64,000 nt of DNA from the human T2T-CHM13v2.0 reference genome, Homo sapiens, in the NCBI RefSeq assembly GCF_009914755.1, contig NC_060947.1; one strand, given 5' to 3'. The notes under the pieces are model-generated. The model worked only from the letters and a program-made list of their open reading frames with translations, ran no database searches and was not told the origin of the DNA. How positions within the stretch are numbered: position 1 is the first letter of the stretch; every line of letters starts with the position of its first letter. This document shows, piece by piece, positions 1 to 15,779 of the stretch. A program made the position numbers and the translations under genes.

Positions 1-436
1 AAAATGCCTTAAGTGGGATCTATGAAAGTTCTGTTTCCCAGAGCCTGGCTGGGCTGGGGGAGGATCCTTGCAGCTGAAGAGGAGGAAAAGTCACTGAGTC
101 ACCTCCCAGAGTGGGACAAACTGGAGACCCTTTGCAGTTGCTGGGTCACCATCAGGGGTGGCATGGAATATTAACAGTGCAGCTCTCAGTCTGCCAGAAA
201 GATGGATGGTGGATTCAAAGCAAAAAAAAAGGAAGGGCAGGCAGAGCCAGGGATGCCTTTGCTGATAAGAGTGCCTGTCAGGGGAGTCACCACAGGCTGG
301 TAGCTCTTCAAACCAGCAGCTCTTGGCTCAGAGCCAGACCCAGCTGGGTTTGGTCCAAGGCATCCTGGGATGCCTGCTGGTCAGTCCCTTGCCTCCCCAA
401 GTTCCTCCTGGAGTCAGTGGGCCCTGGGGAGGTTCC
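1..436. other. Non-retroviral, GC-richer segment abutting ERV pol; possible processed-transcript insertion on the minus strand (unidentified)
   Basis: Pol-like translation (NLNPAGFLWK) starts abruptly at about 438. The preceding sequence does not translate into any pol-like frame and resembles no repeat I recognise. Confidence 0.35.
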
Positions 437-437
437 T

Positions 438-2530
438 AACCTAAATCCAGCTGGTTTCTTATGGAAAGAAGAGGAGGATAAGAAGGTATCAAAACATAAT
501 TGTTTAAATGTCATAGAACATCAAACTAAAATTAAAACAGACCTTAAAGAAACTCCACTATGTAATGGGATGAGGCTGCTTGTGAATGGGTCATCCCAAG
601 TAATACATGGTAAAAGACACAATAGCTATGTTGTCATTAATAAAGACAAACAATCCTTATGTGAAAAAAGTAAATTACCCAATAACTGGTGAGCACAAAC
701 CTGTGAATTACATGTTCTTAACAAGGCCCCCAAGCTCCTAAAAGGCCAAGAAGTTACTATATATACTAATTTCCAATATGCCTATGTAGTAGTACACACC
801 TTTGGAAAGATCTGGACAAAACAGGGCATACATAAGTAGCAGGGAAAAGAATTGGTACATGGGGAGCTGGTCAAACAAGTTTTAGAAAGCCTCCTGCTTC
901 CAGCGTAGATAGCCATAGTTCATGTAAATGGCCATCAGAAAGGAAACACTATAGAAGCTGTGGGAACAGGCTTGAAGATGAAGCTGCCAAGCCAGCCTCC
1001 CTGGAGGAAGAAGTTAGACTGTTTAGCCTAATCCCAGATATCCCTAAAGTGGTATTAAAACCCCAATTTTCTAAAGAGGAGGAGGAACAGCTGGGCAAGA
1101 TAGGGGCCATTCAACCTGAAGATGGGAGGTGAATGCTCCCTGACGGGAGAGGAATGACAAGAAAAGCCATAATGACAGAACGGATGTCCATACTGCATAA
1201 GGGAAGTCATTGAGGTCCCCAGGCCATGTGTAATGCAATACTCAAGAATTATGGCTGTAAAGGGATTTATACCCTTGCTAAACAAGTGTGTGGGGGTTGT
1301 GGGACCTGCCAGAAAATAAACAAAAAGATAGTTAGAAAACAGACTACTGGAGGGAGACCTCCTGGGTTAAGGCCATTTCAAAGCGTTTAAGTAGATTTTA
1401 CAGAAATGTCCAAAATAGGGAGACTAAAGTATCTACTGGTAATGATACACCACCTCTCTGGCTGGGTGGAGGTCTTCCCCCTCCTAACTGCCACCACCAG
1501 GAATGTGGTCAAAATAATCTTAGAACAAATTATACCCAGATTTGGCCTGGTAGAAAATATTGATTCAGACAGTGGGAGCCATTTTGCCTCAAGTGTGCTA
1601 AGGGGAATTATGAAAAGTTTACACATTAGATGGAATTACCACTCCCCTTGGCATCTCCCTTCCTCTGGAAAAGTCAAAAGAATAAATCAAACTCTCAAAA
1701 AGCATATTACTAAACTAATCTTAGAAACTAAAATGCCTTAGACCAAATGTCTCCCAATAGCACTCTTTAGGATTAGGACATCCCCAAGGAAAGACTAGGG
1801 GATTGTTCCCTTACAAGTTATTATATGAACTCCCATATTTAGGTAGGACTACTGACCTTCCTACTATGGAAACAAAAGATCACTTTTTAAGACATTATAT
1901 ACTGGCCATATCCTCCACCCTGTCATTTCTTAGGTTAAAAGAACTTCTAAGACCAGGCAAGGTGGCTCATGCCTGTAATCCCAGCACTTTGGGAGGCCAA
2001 GGCTGGCGAATCATCTGAGGTCAGGAGTTTGAGACCAGCCTTACCAACATGATGAATTCCCGTCTCTACCAAAAATACAAAAATTAGGTGGGTGTGGTGG
2101 TGGGTACCTGTAACCCCAACTACTTGGAAGGCAGAGGCAGGCAAAGCACTTGAATCCAGGAGGCAGAGGTGCAGTGAGCCGAGATTGCACCACTGCACTC
2201 CAGCCTGGATGACAGAGAGAGACAGTCTCAAAAAAAAAAGGACTTCTAACTCAAACCCCGCCTCTTCAGTTCACAGTACACCATTTCCAGCCTGGTGACT
2301 CGGTGCTAATTAAAACTTAGAAAGAAGATATGCTCCACCCAAGCTGGGAAGGTCCCTATCAAGTGCATCTAATCACTGAGACAGCCGTACAAACAGCTGA
2401 ATGGGGGTGAACATATTACCTACGGGTCAAAACCCTGGTAAAAGAACCCCTGGAAGAAAGGGAAAAGGGTGAATGTGGAGTGTATAAATCACCTAAGAAA
2501 CACTTAAAGCTAGCTCTAAGAAAAACCTAA
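438..2530 (+). pseudogene. pol: ERV pol remnant (connection/RNase H/integrase), interrupted by an Alu
   Basis: C-terminal part of ORF 111-692, plus ORFs 1406-1741 and 1803-1950, show retroviral RNase H and integrase similarity; in-frame stops throughout. Confidence 0.85.
1951..2235 (+). mobile_element. AluS element
   Basis: Dimeric Alu with A-rich linker and A tail. TSD AAAAGAACTTCTAA (1937-1950) / AAAAGGACTTCTAA (2236-2249). Confidence 0.97.
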
Positions 2531-2539
2531 AAAGAAGCT

Positions 2540-3860
2540 ATAAGCAGGGTTCATCATTGGGGGTGGATATGGTTAGGATTAATCCTAACACAAGGGGTAA
2601 AAGAAAACCTAAGTATTGAATAGAGCCCAGTACTAGGGGTAGAAAGTAAGGAATATACAATCAAACTAATAGTCAACATAACTAAGACCTCTACTCCGCC
2701 CCCAAACTATATAATTTAATGCCTGCCAAGTCTTACTTTGTGGGAATTTAGGGAACCAAAGGCAGCTGTCACAAGCAAACAAATATCTATGTCCTGAAAT
2801 TTGTCACTATTGGGGAAAGACCTGTTCTAGCTGGAATGAGGTCTGGTGGACCACCCAATTTTGAGGCTGGGTAAGTCATTCTTCCAAAAACAAACCCTTA
2901 AAGAACAAAATATATTTGTATAAGGGCCCTATACTACATAACTGTAGTAATTTAAAATGCAATCATATGTTAATTACCATAAACAACCCAGCTACTATAG
3001 ACCAGGAACCTTGAAGGTATAGATTAGGAACAGATATCTCAGGAAAGGATCCTGTAGCATGGTTAGCTCTTAGGCTAGTCACCAACTCCATCCCAAGCCC
3101 ACCCAGGATTATTATAACTCCCGGTCCCTCTACTTCCTTTAATCCACCAGACAATGACCCTAAGAGAGTAAATATAATTAAAATAACTGACTTGAAGCAG
3201 ACTTTAGAAATTGAGACTGGATATGGGGATGTAAACGCCTGGATTGAATGGGTCAAATTTTCAGTACTAGCTCTTAATAAGAGCAACTGTTATGCATGCT
3301 CTCTTGGGCGGCCTCAGGTACAGGTAGTTCCGTTTCCCCTAGGAAGGGATACCAATCCCAGAGGAATGTGTGGCATGTTGGCTCTACACCAGGACAGAGA
3401 TGCATGGGGAAATGGGACTTGCAAATTTTATTATTGTTGTTTCCTGCCTTACTGAGGTCAGATCCTAGAGCAATCCCCTCATTCTCCATAGAGAATGTGA
3501 ACCATTCTTCTTTCCTATCTAGGCAGGGGGCAGAGTTCAATAAGCCCATGGGAAAATTCTCAACTTGGACCCACATTCTAAATGTTACTGGTGAGTAAAA
3601 CAAAGGCAACTACTCGGCTTTTTATATACCCCAAGCTAACGTCTGCTGGCATTGTGGGAAGAGGAACCTCCATGACCTGTTACCACCCAATTGGACTGGG
3701 ACTTGTGCCTTAGCTCCATTCCATTCACCTTGGCATTCTATAAAATCCCTGAGAATCCACATGGCCACTGAAGTTGGAGAGATCTAACAAATTCTTTCAA
3801 TCCCAACATTTATATTAACTCAATAGGAGTCCCTAAAGGAGTAACTAATAAATTTAAAAA
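2540..3860 (+). pseudogene. env: ERV env remnant: SU plus start of TM; most of TM deleted
   Basis: ORF 3192-3455 is env-like. SFNPNIYINSIGVPKGVTNKFK at about 3793-3858 resembles the TM start of HERV-I-type env and is followed almost immediately by the purine tract. Confidence 0.75.
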
Positions 3861-3926
3861 TGAAAGAACACAAAAATAAGTGTGGAAATAGAACCAATAG
3901 GAGTAAAAAGAAAAACAGGAGGAAAT

Positions 3927-4521
3927 TGAAGGAAATAATGTATACGGTGCTCCGTTTCCAAGACAAAATGCCTTGAATTGGCTTAGGTCAGCAAACTACA
4001 GAAGAAACAGGATATGTTAGGCCCCTGCTTGGATAGCTGATGCCTGCTCATCGGCCTCCCCCTTCTTCCCCCCACTTAGTTGCCTTCACCCAAACCGAAG
4101 AAGTTTAGTCTAAGATGAAAGTTTACTAGCCTGCAAAATAGCTCATTTTGTCTGTTCTTATCAACCTGCCCAGCTACTTAGGTCATAAGTCAAATATCTG
4201 AAGAGCCCCAGAGCTAACTAGGATTGCAATGCACTGTGGGCTGCAACAAAATGCAGCAAGACAACCCTAAAAAAATCACATGAAACCCCTTACCCTACAA
4301 TCAATAGACAACGTCCGGGAAGATTGTAACCCCATAGTACTCGGTCTATAAGGAACCAGAGGAGGGACTTGCACACTAGGGGATAAATTGCTTGTTGAAA
4401 CTGTGCTGGGTGTCATGAGACACCCAATCTTGCAAGATCGTCATTAAAAATCTCGCTTTCGCTGTTCCCCAGGTATCTAAGTCCATTTTTTGGGATTGGA
4501 CAGGTGAGTTTGTCTCTCACA
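3927..4521 (+). mobile_element. ERV1 3' LTR (LTR10-family-like)
   Basis: Starts with TG directly after the purine tract and ends ...CTCACA. TATA-like GATAAA at about 4382, ATTAAA at 4443-4448. Family name from memory. Confidence 0.8.
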
Positions 4522-7500
4522 TTATCTACTTGTTCCTTACTGAAGATGCTCTATGAGATGTTATTCTGAGCTACACTCCTTTCTCTGAGCGTGAGCTCCT
4601 GGTGTGGTCAGCCCCATTCAAACTTATGGCAGAATGCAGGGATAATGAGGCTACAAGAAAAGCTCTAGTCACCGTCCCCCAAGACAAGGATCAGGGCCCT
4701 GCTCAGAAAATTACTCAGAAAATTACTCTTCCCCTCCTCAATGGACCATGTTTTTCTGATGGACAACTTTTGAACCTTTACGACTCAGCTTTAAGCATCA
4801 TATCATTTGTGAAGTCTTCTCTGACTCCCCAGAAAAAAACTGATTACATCTTCCTTTAGGCCATCTCTATGCTTGTTATAAATGCCTCTATTATAGCACT
4901 AATAATTCTGAATTAGCTTTTCATTTCTGAAATGAACAAATGGCTATAAATAAGGTAAAGGATGTGTTAGAAACAGTAGGAGATAAAAGTTAGAGTCAAA
5001 TCTTGGAGGGTCTTAAACACTTAGCAGAGAGGCTTGAACTGAATGAGAGCAAGATTGGGGGACAACAATTACTTTTGTACAAGGGACATAGCAAAACAAG
5101 TGTTCATTATCGTTGGAGTAAAGGCATAGAGGTGGGAATTATCCTAAATTTCATGAGACTACCTATATGTTGAGGAGGTGGGGGAACTAGTGAGAACCCA
5201 GGCATGACCCTGTGGGACGCAGACTGAACTGCCAGCCAATTTCATGATACAAAGGCTTCTTTCTTTTATGACAAATGGATCCAAGTAAAGTCCTGAAGAC
5301 CATAACAAGCAGCTACTACAGGGTCTCTTGGCAGCTCCATATAGGAGCATGAAGACTGGGCTGGGTAAGAGATGAACGGATAGGGATACGGCCTACTCAC
5401 AGACGGCATTGGGACCTGTAGCCCATTTTGCTTTGGACCATTTAGGATGTAAGAGAGAATGAGAACAACTAGGTCCAAATCCCAATCCACACTGTGCTGT
5501 GGTCTACCTAAGGAGTCAGCTCAGGAACGGCCCTTACATACACACACATCACTGGCAGCCCTTAGTGTTTCCACACAGCAGGGAAAAAGCAACCTTCCCA
5601 GCAGCCTGTGCAAAGGCCAAGCAGCTTAGAGGGCCCTGGAGAAAAGATTCAGAAGGTATAAAAGGGCATAGGGTGTGGTTGAGCACAATGACCAGCAAAT
5701 ATTTTAGACTTCTGCTTCAAAGTGGGCTTGACCTGTACCGACAAACAAGGCAGAAAGAGCCCCAGCTTGGTTTTGGCCTGACTTCAGAGGGGGACAAAAA
5801 GTGCCCACAAACAGCCAGTCATGAAACAATATTTGCTCCCTCTGGAAAATCATGGCCTTTAGCACATTCCCCAGAATTACGTCAACCAGGGAACAGTGCC
5901 AAAAATGTGACTTTCATGTTTCTGCAGCAACAGATGATTTCCTCTCTCCACTTGGCTTTTTTTCTTGTATGTATAAATAAAAGAGCCAGTCAATCGCTCA
6001 AAAAATATGAACAACTTAAGCATTTCCAGGCTTTACAAGTAGTAATTATTAATAGAAGCAAGTGACCATGCATACTAGAAATGTTATTTCACATATTCCT
6101 TTTCTGGTTTCTTAAAGGAGATTTATATATGTGGCCAGGCTGAACTGAAATAATAACAGTTGACACAATGACCACATGAAAATGGACTTTTCCTCACTTG
6201 ATTTATGTCACCAAACTTGCATATAAATGTTCCATTTTGTCTGCTCGAAGATTCTTAAGCCTGGGGACAGAGGACAGGAGGTCACCCAGCCCACAGAGCC
6301 TGAGAAGAGAATCCACCAGGAAAAAAAAAAAAGATAATGGAAACATCAGGGAAGCTCAGCTGTGTAACTGGACCACTGTTTTTTGGACTTAGCCAGAGGC
6401 CATTGTAAAATCCAACAATGGGTGAAAAGCAATATTCATTGCTCATTTCTTGCCTTCAACTTCTATCCCTTCATACTTAATCCTTGTCTAATCTGCCTTT
6501 CATCCTGATCAATAACATTTCTTATAACTCTGGAAGCAAAATGTCTTACTGCTTGACTACCTTGACTGATCTCTTTCCTTTCTCTCCACCAAATATTTGT
6601 CGCATCAGCACTCCCAATATGACAGAGGCATAGAGAATTTGCCCAGCTACATAGCTTAGTTCTAGTTACACTATATCTAACAGCTTTTCAGTCTGAGTTA
6701 TACCTGGAGCTATAAAGGGAACTAGGGCCTAAAAATGTTTCCATCTGCTCAGGTGAAGAATTCTTCCTGATTAACCTATAACTGAATGGGCTACTTACTT
6801 GTCCGTAACTTATGTGAATAGTCTGCTCTACCACTAAAAGGATTTTGCCCTCTAGCTGCTAGTTATCTAGCTATCTAACTGAGGGAGGGCTGCCCCCTTC
6901 CAGGAGGTGGAAATAGAGAAGCCAAAATATACGTCTCTGTGGTAAAACACTGGAGTGAATTTTTACTTAGAAACATGCTACAGTCAGGTGTCAAATAGCC
7001 AAGGAATGCCAGCTAAATTTGCATCAAGAATTGATACTAAGCAAAAAGCAATTAAAATTAAGCTGGAGCCAGTTCTTTACCTTCCCAGACTTCAGGAGAC
7101 AACTTAAAAGACCAGTTTTCGGGGGTGGAGCCAAGATGGCCAAATAGGAACAGCTCCAGTCTACAGCTCCCAGCATGAGTGACGCAGACGGTGGGAGATT
7201 TCCGCATTTCCAATGGAGGTACTGGGTTCATCTCACTGAGGAGTGTCAGAAAGTGGGTGAAGGACAGTGGGGCCAGTGCACCGAGCATGAGCCAAAGCAG
7301 GGTGAGGCATTGCCTCACCTGGGAAGTGCAAGGGGTCAGGGAATTCCCTTTCCTAGTCAAAGAAAGGGGTGACAGATGGCACCTGGAAAATCGGGTCACT
7401 CCCACCCTAATACTGCACTTTTCCAATGGTCTCAGCAAACGGCACACCAGGAGATTACATCCCACGCCTGGCTCTGAGGGTCCTACGCCCACAGAGCCTC

Positions 7501-8148
7501 ACTCATTGCTAGCACAGCAGTTTGAGATCAAACTGCAAGGCAGCAGTGAGGATGGGGGAGGGGCCACTGACATAGCTCAGGCTTGAGTAGGTAAACAAAG
7601 TGGCCTGAAAGCTCCAACTGGGTGGAGCCCACAGCAGCTCAAGAAGGCCTGCCCGCCTCTATAGACTCAACCTCTGGGGGCAGGGCATAGCCAAACAAAA
7701 GGCAGCAGAAACCCCTGCAAACTTAAACGCCCCTGTCTGAGAGCTTTGAGGAAAGTAGTGGCTCTCCCAGCATGCAGCTGGAGATCTGAGAATGGACAGA
7801 CTGCCTCCTCAAGTGGGTCTCTGACCCCCGAGTAGCCTAACTGGGAGGCACCCTCCATTAAGGGCAGACTGACACCTCACCCAGCCAGGTACTCCTCTGA
7901 GACAAAACTTCCAGAGGAACGATCAGGCAGCAACATTTGCTGTTCACCAATATCTGCTGTTCTGCAGCCTCTGCTGCTGATACCCAGGCAAAAAGAGTCT
8001 GGAGTGGACCATCGGCAAACTCCAACAGACCTACAGCTGAGGGTCTTGACTGTTAGAAGGAAAACAAACTAACAAAAAGGGCATCCACACCAAAACCCCA
8101 TCTGTACAGCACCATCTTCAAAGACCAAAGGTAGATAAAACCACAAAG

Positions 8149-9175
8149 ATGGGGAAAAAAGAGAGCAGAAAAACTGGAAACTAAAAATCAGAGGATCTCT
8201 CCTCCTCCAAAGGAACACAGCTCCTCACCAGCAATGGAACAAAGCTGGACAGAGAATGACTTTGATGAGTTGAGAGAAGAAGGCTTCAGGTGATCAAACT
8301 TCTCTGATCTAAAGGAGAAAATTCGAACCCATGGCAACGAAGTTGAAAACCTTGAAAAAAAATTAGATGAATGGCTAACTAGAATAACCAATGCAGAGAA
8401 TTCCTTAAGGGACCTGATGGAGCTGAAAACCATGGCACGAGAACTACGTGACAAATGCACAAGCCTCAGTAGCCAATTCGATCAACTGGAAGCAAGGTTA
8501 TCAGTGATGGAAGATCAAATGAATGAAATGAAGCAAGAAGAGAAGTTTAGAGAACAAAGAATAAAAAGAAACAAACAAAGCCTCCAAGAAATATGGGACT
8601 ATGTGAAAAGACCAAATCTACGTCTGATTGGTGTACCTGAAAGGAACAGGGAGAATGGAACCAAGTTGGAAAACACTCTGCAGGATATTATCCAGGAGAA
8701 CTTCCCCAATCTAGCAAGGCAGGCCAACATTCAAATTGAGGAAATACAGAGAATGCCACAAAGATACTCTTCAAAAAGAGAAACTCCAAGACACATAATT
8801 GTCAGATTCACCAACGTTGAAATGAAGGAAAAAATGTTAAGGGCAGCCAGAGGGAAAGGTCGGGTTACCCACAAAGGGAAGCCCATCAGATTAATAGCGG
8901 ATCTCTTGGCAGAAACTCTACAAGCCAGAAGACAGTGGGGTCCCATATTCAACATTCTTAAAGAAAAGAATTTTCAACCCAGAATTTCATATCCAGCCAA
9001 ACTAAGCTTCATAAATGAAGGAGAAATAAAATACTTTACAGACAACCAAATGCTGAGAGATTTTGTCACCACCAGGACTGCCCTAAAAGAGCTCCTGAAG
9101 GAAGCATTAAACATGGAAAGGAACGAGTATCAGCCGCTGCAAAATCATGCCAAATTGCAAGACCATCGAGGCTAG
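8149..9175 (+). pseudogene. L1 ORF1p (frameshifted near the start, native stop lost)
   Basis: ATG GGG AAA at 8149. ORF 8417-9175 translates to ORF1p coiled-coil/RRM/CTD sequence (RPNLRLIGVPE, YPAKLS). Confidence 0.93.
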
Positions 9176-9222
9176 GAAGAAACTACATCAACTAATGAGC
9201 ATAACAACCAGCTAACATCATA

Positions 9223-13042
<3,820 letters not shown>

Positions 13043-13263
13043 ACAATGAGAACACATGGACACAGGAAAGGGAACATCACACACCGGGGCCTGTTGTGGG
13101 GTGGAGGGAGGGGGGAGGGATATCATTAGGAGATATACCTAATGTTAAATGACGAGTTAATGGGTGCAGCACACCAACATGGCACATGTATACATATGTA
13201 ACTAACCTGCACATTGCGCACATGTACCCTAAAACTTAAAGTATGATTAAAAAAAAAAAAAAA

Positions 13264-13400
13264 GAAATATTCCAGACGGAGGCTGCTCCTTCAGCCTGGG
13301 TCATGAGATAAAGTCCACGAAGACACAGTTTACCTGCAGTGAACACAAATGTGAGTGAGCAAGAAATAAACTTTTTTGCTTTAAAGCAGAAAAAAAAAAA
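13264..13400 (+). other. L1 3' transduction (126 bp, MLT1/MaLR-LTR-like) with its own AATAAA and a second poly-A
   Basis: Lies between L1 poly-A and a second poly-A (13390-13400). AATAAA at 13365-13370. 3' TSD copy AAAAGACCAGTTATC at 13397-13411. Confidence 0.92.
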
Positions 13401-13774
13401 GACCAGTTATCTATAGCATTTTCAAAAGGGTTTTGTTAGTCAAATCGAAGAACTATAAGGTGATTTTTCCAAAATCTTATGAGACTCCAAAGAAATGTTC
13501 GAACTCTTGGGGTTTAGTGACATATGAAGCTCTAATATGTATTAATTTGTTGGGAGCCCATCACAATAATCTAGGGGGAGATAGTCTGTACCAAAATCAT
13601 AACAATGGCCTGATCAAATTTGCATTTTTCAAATTTAGTTAAGGATTTGAATTGCCATGAGTGTGCTGAGCCTAGTCAGTCCCTTAGAATAAATAAAGGA
13701 AGATATTTCAGCAATTAAGTACATAAATTTCATAGTCAAACCGAAAAGTTTTCTTGTATTACACAGTGTAAGGT

Positions 13775-13838
13775 GTGGCACACTAAGCTGAGGTATATAC
13801 CAGTTTTCTGATTTGTAAAATGGAAACAATAATAGTAC
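13775..13838 (+). mobile_element. MIR fragment (host of the THE1; continues at about 15093-15300)
   Basis: CAGTTTTCTGATTTGTAAAATGGAAACAATAATAGTAC matches the MIR core; downstream TCTGGCACATGGTAA tail. Confidence 0.75.
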
Positions 13839-15087
13839 TGATATTATATGACAGAGAAATGGTTTTGTACAACCTCAGGACTCAGTGCCCTGAGTCACAG
13901 CCACTCCAGCTACAGTTATGGCTGAAAGGGACCAAGGTACAGCTCAGCCCATTGCTTCAGAGCACGCAAGCCCCAAGCCTTGGTAACCACCATTTGGTGT
14001 TGTGCCTGCAGGTGCACAGAAGACAAGGGTTGAGCTTTGGGAGCCTCTGCCTAGATTTCAGAGGATGTATGGAAATGCTCAGCTGTCCAGGCGGAAGTCT
14101 GCTGCAAGGGGAGAACCCTCATGGAGAACCTCTGCTAGGACAGTGTGGAAGGGAAATGTGGAGTTGGAGAGACTCCACAGGTAGGGCACTGCCTAGTGGA
14201 GCTGTGAGAAGAGGGCTGGAAAAGTAGATCCACTGACAGCTTTCACCATGCTCCTGGAAAAGCTGCAGGTACTCAACACCAGCCCATGAAAGCAGCCACA
14301 GGGGCTATACCCTGCAGAGCCATAGAAGCAGAGCTGCCCAAGGCTGTAAGAGCCCACTCCTTGCATCAACATACCCTGGATGTGAGACATGGAATCAAAG
14401 GAGATTTTGGAGCTTTAAGATTTAATGCCTGCCCAGCCAGGTTTCAGACTTGCAAGGGGCGTATGGCCCCTTTGTTTTGGCCAATTTTTCCCATTTGCAA
14501 TGGGAACATTTACCCAATGCCTGTACCTTTATTGTATTTTGGAAGTAACTAACTTGTTTTTGATTTTGCATGCTCATAGGTGGAAGGAACTTGCCTTGTC
14601 TTAGATGAGACTTTGAACTTGAACTTTAGAGTTAATGCTGGAATTTGTTAAGATTTTGGGGAACGTTGAGAACCCATGATTGATTTTGAAATGTGAAAAA
14701 GACGTGAGATTTGGGAGTGGCTAGGGGCAGAATGACATGGTTTGGCTCTGTGTCCCCACCCAAAGCTCATCTCGAATTTTAATCCCCATGTATCAAGGAA
14801 AGAACCTGGTGGGATGTGATTAGATCATGGGTATGATTTCCCCCATGCTCTTCTTATGATAGTGAGTTCTCACGAGATCTAAGGATTTAAAATGGGCGCT
14901 TTTCCCTTCGTTCTCTCTCTCTCCTGCCACCTCGTAAGGATGCCTTGCTTCTTCTTTGCCTTCTGCCCTGATTGTAAGATTTATGAGGCCTTCCCAGCCA
15001 CGTAGAACTGTGAGTCAAGCCTCTTTTGTTTATAAATTACCTGTATTAGTTTGTATCTTTATAGCTGTGTGAAAATGGACTAATATA
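13839..15087 (+). mobile_element. THE1 (MaLR, THE1D-like) element: 6-bp stub of 5' LTR, partial internal region, complete 3' LTR (14733-15087)
   Basis: Perfect 5-bp TSD AGTAC (13834-13838 / 15088-15092). THE1-int sequence, purine tract GGGGCAGAA, LTR TGACATGG...GGACTAATATA. Confidence 0.92.
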
Positions 15088-15116
15088 AGTACCAATGTAT
15101 TAAATTTGTTGTAGGG

Positions 15117-15117
<1 letters not shown>

Positions 15118-15150
<33 letters not shown>

Positions 15151-15226
15151 GTATATATATATATCCATATATATATGTATATATCCATATATATATATTA
15201 AATTTGTTGTAGATATATATATATAT
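15118..15226. repeat. Interrupted (TA)n microsatellite
   Basis: Seen directly in the sequence. Confidence 0.95.
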
Positions 15227-15779
15227 GATGCATATATAACTCAACATAGTTTCTGGCACATGGTAACCACCCAGTAAATGGTAATTAGTATTATTATCAT
15301 TTAAATGACTATCTCTTTATTAGGTCACAAAATATGTAAGGCTTAAATGCACATGTAGAACATTATAGAGACCACATGTCATAAATCTATGTCGACAGTG
15401 CCTGTATCTGATTTAGGACACCCTCTTAAAAGTCCACAGATAACACTGTTAGCCCCAAAAGGACCCACTTTGTAAAGTTTGCAGTACTAAAAAGTTGGTT
15501 GAGCAAGTCAAAAGCAGTGATTATACTTCAGGCCTGGTAGAAATTACGGAGCAGGACTGCCGTGTTCTTTATTATGAAAATTAGAGGTGCCGAGGTAAAA
15601 GGAGTAGAATAATGAAAGAAATCATGGCATGGGCTGAATACAGGGAAACCCCAAAGGATTTTTTAATGGTCTATCTGAAGTCCTCAAGTTTTTTTCTAGC
15701 TTGAGATCTTCTGTAATCTGAGCTTTCTTTCCTGCATAACCAATTTATTCTTCCCTAGTGGTTCCTTCCCACCAGTACA

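Larger units (their letters stand above)
437..3926 (+). mobile_element. Class I ERV internal region (HERV-I/HERVIP10-like): 3' part of pol plus env, degenerate
   Basis: RNase H-like (LLVNGSSQVIHGKRHNSYVV; IVHVNGHQKG), integrase-like (LSGWVEVFP...IIPRFGLVENIDSDSGSHF...SSGKVKRINQTLK) and env-like (KQTLEIETGYGDVNAWIEWVK...SNCYAC) fragments with many stops. Purine tract at about 3905-3925 just before the LTR. Confidence 0.9.

Noticed and set aside
111-692. 193-aa ORF
   Set aside because: GTG start; chance read-through across the junction between non-viral sequence and dead pol.
5499-6065. 188-aa ORF in unique sequence
   Set aside because: GTG start, no recognisable domain, no clear splice structure.
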